The position numbers were made by a program, and so were the translations under genes. Positions 61,224 through 64,000 of a stretch of DNA of 64,000 bases are shown here, piece by piece (within the stretch, counting starts at the first letter, position 1; each line of letters starts with the position of its first letter). Source of the DNA: Podospora anserina. Taxonomy: Eukaryota. The notes below the pieces were generated by a model. It saw only the letters and a program-made list of their open reading frames with translations, made no database searches and had not been told where the DNA came from. The stretch lies in the NCBI GenBank assembly GCA_017654855.1, contig CM030332.1, positions 1,054,001 through 1,118,000 of the forward strand, read 5' to 3'.

Positions 61224-63329
61224 CACCAGTTACTGCTGCCTCGCAAGCAAATTATCGCATTTTAATAGCGCCGATGCTTTACTTCTATCCATGGGCTCGA
61301 CCCTCTCGGGCTTCGATATCCGTGTGCCGTCGAAACTTGGCATAGAGCTGTCCAGCACACCTCGGAACGCCGACCCCTTCTTCGATTCTTGGGCATTTTT
61401 ACATTTTGTCAACAGACTTTGGCGACCGGCGTACTTCATCGCCCTTTTTGGCCTTTGTTCTTTTATAAACAGCACGGGATTGTGTGAGGCGCACGTGTGT
61501 AAATCAAGAGGACATGATGTTGATATGCATGGCATGGCATCGGCATTTGGCATCTAGATATGGGGCTCGACGGTTTTTTTCTTTTTCTTTTTTGCTTTGC
61601 CATCATTGCTTTTGCTCATTTTTCGGCGGGTTTCATCGGAGTTCAAGGAGCAACAGAGCAAGAATAATATTATACCAGGACGGAACGGGGGACAATCGGT
61701 TTATGGATGATATCCTCCGCCTTGCTGGCGCCATTCGCTTACACACCACACTTACCACCACCACCACCACCAGCCACCAGAAAGAGTTGGGAATACAATA
61801 CGACACGGCGATAATTCAGGGGAACCCCCCCAGTGGCGGCAAGCACAGTTTGGGGAGTCTCACACGACATGGAGACAAGACAAGTGCCGAAAGAAGTCTT
61901 TGGAAACGAAATGAGAACAATCCGGGCAACCAAAAAAGCACCTCGGGAACGAACCGCTTTGCAAATCCATGGGGAGAAAGAAGGAGGGGGGGGGGACACA
62001 TCAACAACACCTTCCTCAAGCGGGATCAATCATCAATTTGGTTTTTTCTCTTCTTTGACGACCACCCAAGGAGAACAGAACGGATTTGAGGCAACTCTTT
62101 CTTCACGATTTGAGGGGACACAGCCGGAGGAAGAGAAAGGGAAATAATTTAATCCATTTTTAGCCCTTAATATTTAATTTTTTTATGTACATAAAGAATG
62201 ATGGGAATAGCTATGGGAAGGAACAAGATGGGGAGGAAGAGGAAGAGGAGGAGGAGGGGGAGGAGGAGGAGTAAGATGGGGGGGGAGAAGACATGAGCAA
62301 GCGAGCGAAGAGGGAAAGACAAATCGGCGTCAATCAATTGGGAGGGATGGGCCTGGGTTTGGGGTTTGGTGGGTGGTGATGATGATGATGACGTTTATTT
62401 GGTGGAGTGGGTAGTTGGGTGGAGATTTGGGGGAGAAGGAGTTCCAAAGTTTTAGTCTCTGAAAGATGGAGACGGCGGGAGGGTGGGGGGAGGTGTGGTG
62501 TAGGGGAGAGAGAGAGAGAGAGAAAGAAATTCAGATCATGACGCTCGCTTGGCATGCATAAAGCTATTTTTTTTTGTTTGGTTTTGTTCTGGTGACTGTG
62601 ACTTGTATGTATGTCTGGATCTTGTGTGGTTTTTGGATGTCGGCCTGATCTTTGAAGGTTCAAGAAGCGCCAAGGGGGAGGTGACGTTGGTGTTGTAGCA
62701 TTGATTGTGGCTGTGCTGTTCTATCTAGCTAGCGAACGTCGGATTGTTGTTTTAAGATGCTAAACGTACTATAGTCTACTCGTACATGCGGAATTTTTAC
62801 ACTAGTTTCATGCGGTTGGGTATGGGATTTGGGAATGGTATGGGGTTGGGGCGTCGTCATCATCGTTCGGAGGCGGGCCGTTCCCAGACAAGTTTGTTGC
62901 ATTTCACGCTCATCCACCTACCCAAGAAACTCTTCGGAATATCGGCATACTCACTCCGGCGTCTGCGGCGCGCGGCTGACTGTTCTCTATGTATCTTGCA
63001 TGTCTTGTCGAATCCGAGTTTGACACAGGTAGGAACGTGGGGCGGTCGGTCTTCTCCATACCCTACCTATCTACCTACCTACCGACCCAAGGGTCTCTGT
63101 AACGAACCTGTATGGACACCCCCAATGCCACGCGGCTTTTGTATTATTGGGTTCGGAATTTGACGTAAACGTGGAGTTTTTGAGTTTTATTTCTCCGTTA
63201 AAACGGGACCCTGTCACGCTGTGTACTTGGGTGAGGTGAGCACCCTGCCCACAAAATAACCGAGACACAAAAGTAAGTCAACCCATATCATATACTATGA
63301 ACTATACCTCAGAAGTTAATAGGATTTTG

Positions 63330-63444
63330 AACGATCTTTCAAAGCCTGTTAACTATTTTTGAAGGCTTATAAACTATCTTCAAAGGCCTATTATAAATTA
63401 TCTTTAAAGGCTTATGGACTATCCGTTAAGGCATGTAAACCTAC
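63330..63444. repeat. Degenerate AT-rich tandem repeat, about 21-bp unit, about 5 copies
   Basis: Units aacgatctttcaaagcctgtt / aactatttttgaaggcttata / aactatcttcaaaggcctattata / aattatctttaaaggcttatg / gactatccgttaaggcatgta. Confidence 0.7.
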
Positions 63445-64000
63445 TTGTAGTATCTCGATTATTCTGTGGTGAGGGTGGTGAGGTGGTGCTTACATATTGA
63501 CATGTACACTGCCACTGTGGGATATCCACTTTTTGGATGGCTGGGAAGGGGGGAGATCGGCGGTTTTACTGGTGGTTGAGTTGGAACCAAGGCCTGATAC
63601 AATGCTTGGTAGGGGTAGGGGATGATTGGTATGTACAGATTGGGGATTTATTTATTGATTTAGTTTTTTTGTTGTCCAGATAGAGCGGGAGGGGGGACCT
63701 GTCTTGGATGGGGCTGGGTGTGGTGAGGGTGAGGGTGAGTAAGCTGGCTGCTTCAGCCTTGCTTTGTTTCGGAGGTCAGCCGTGTCTTGGTTGGGTTTGG
63801 TTGCTTAGGGGAGTGGGTTTGACATGTTTGTAGAGATATAATGGTTATAGGAGCTGTTAAACAGAGATAGAGGCCATCTATCCACTTGGTCAGCTCGGTC
63901 TTCATGATCCGGTGTTTAATTATCTCTGATGATGATGTGTACATGCTCTTCTAGTGGCTTTGCAATGATGAGGAAAGATAAAGCAAGCTATTTCGGTGCA

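Noticed and set aside
1-64000. tRNA, rRNA, CRISPR arrays and intact transposons
   Set aside because: GGTTCG-like hits lack cloverleaf context, there are no repeat-spacer arrays, and I found no transposase, reverse transcriptase, LTR or TIR signatures by eye.

Overview
Eukaryotic, intron-containing DNA from a filamentous ascomycete. Short introns with GTRAGT/CTRAC/YAG signals, C/G-skewed coding regions and many microsatellites suggest Sordariales, possibly Podospora-like (inference). I can build 13 protein-coding gene models: an Osh6/7-type oxysterol-binding protein, a large uncharacterised fungal protein, the U2AF small subunit, a tricalbin, ELMO, an alpha/beta hydrolase, an ammonium transporter, a SulP sulfate permease, the Bub2 GAP, a Cys-rich secreted and probably GPI-anchored protein, an IZH3/PAQR protein, a THOC5-like protein and a GT2 glycosyltransferase. 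I saw no tRNA, rRNA, CRISPR array or intact transposon. The top finding is that the tricalbin stop codon sits in the canonical readthrough context UGA-CUAG and is followed in frame by a 25-codon polybasic tail that is not a PTS1. This is a candidate recoding event that could give an ER-plasma membrane tether an extra, Ist2-like PM-binding tail. Other observations: two GC-AG introns, a possible hidden GC-donor cassette exon in the OSH gene, a probable decayed bZIP/poly-Q gene, a CYS3/MetR-like site, a GATA cluster and several simple repeats. All family assignments come from recalled motifs; no database searches were run.
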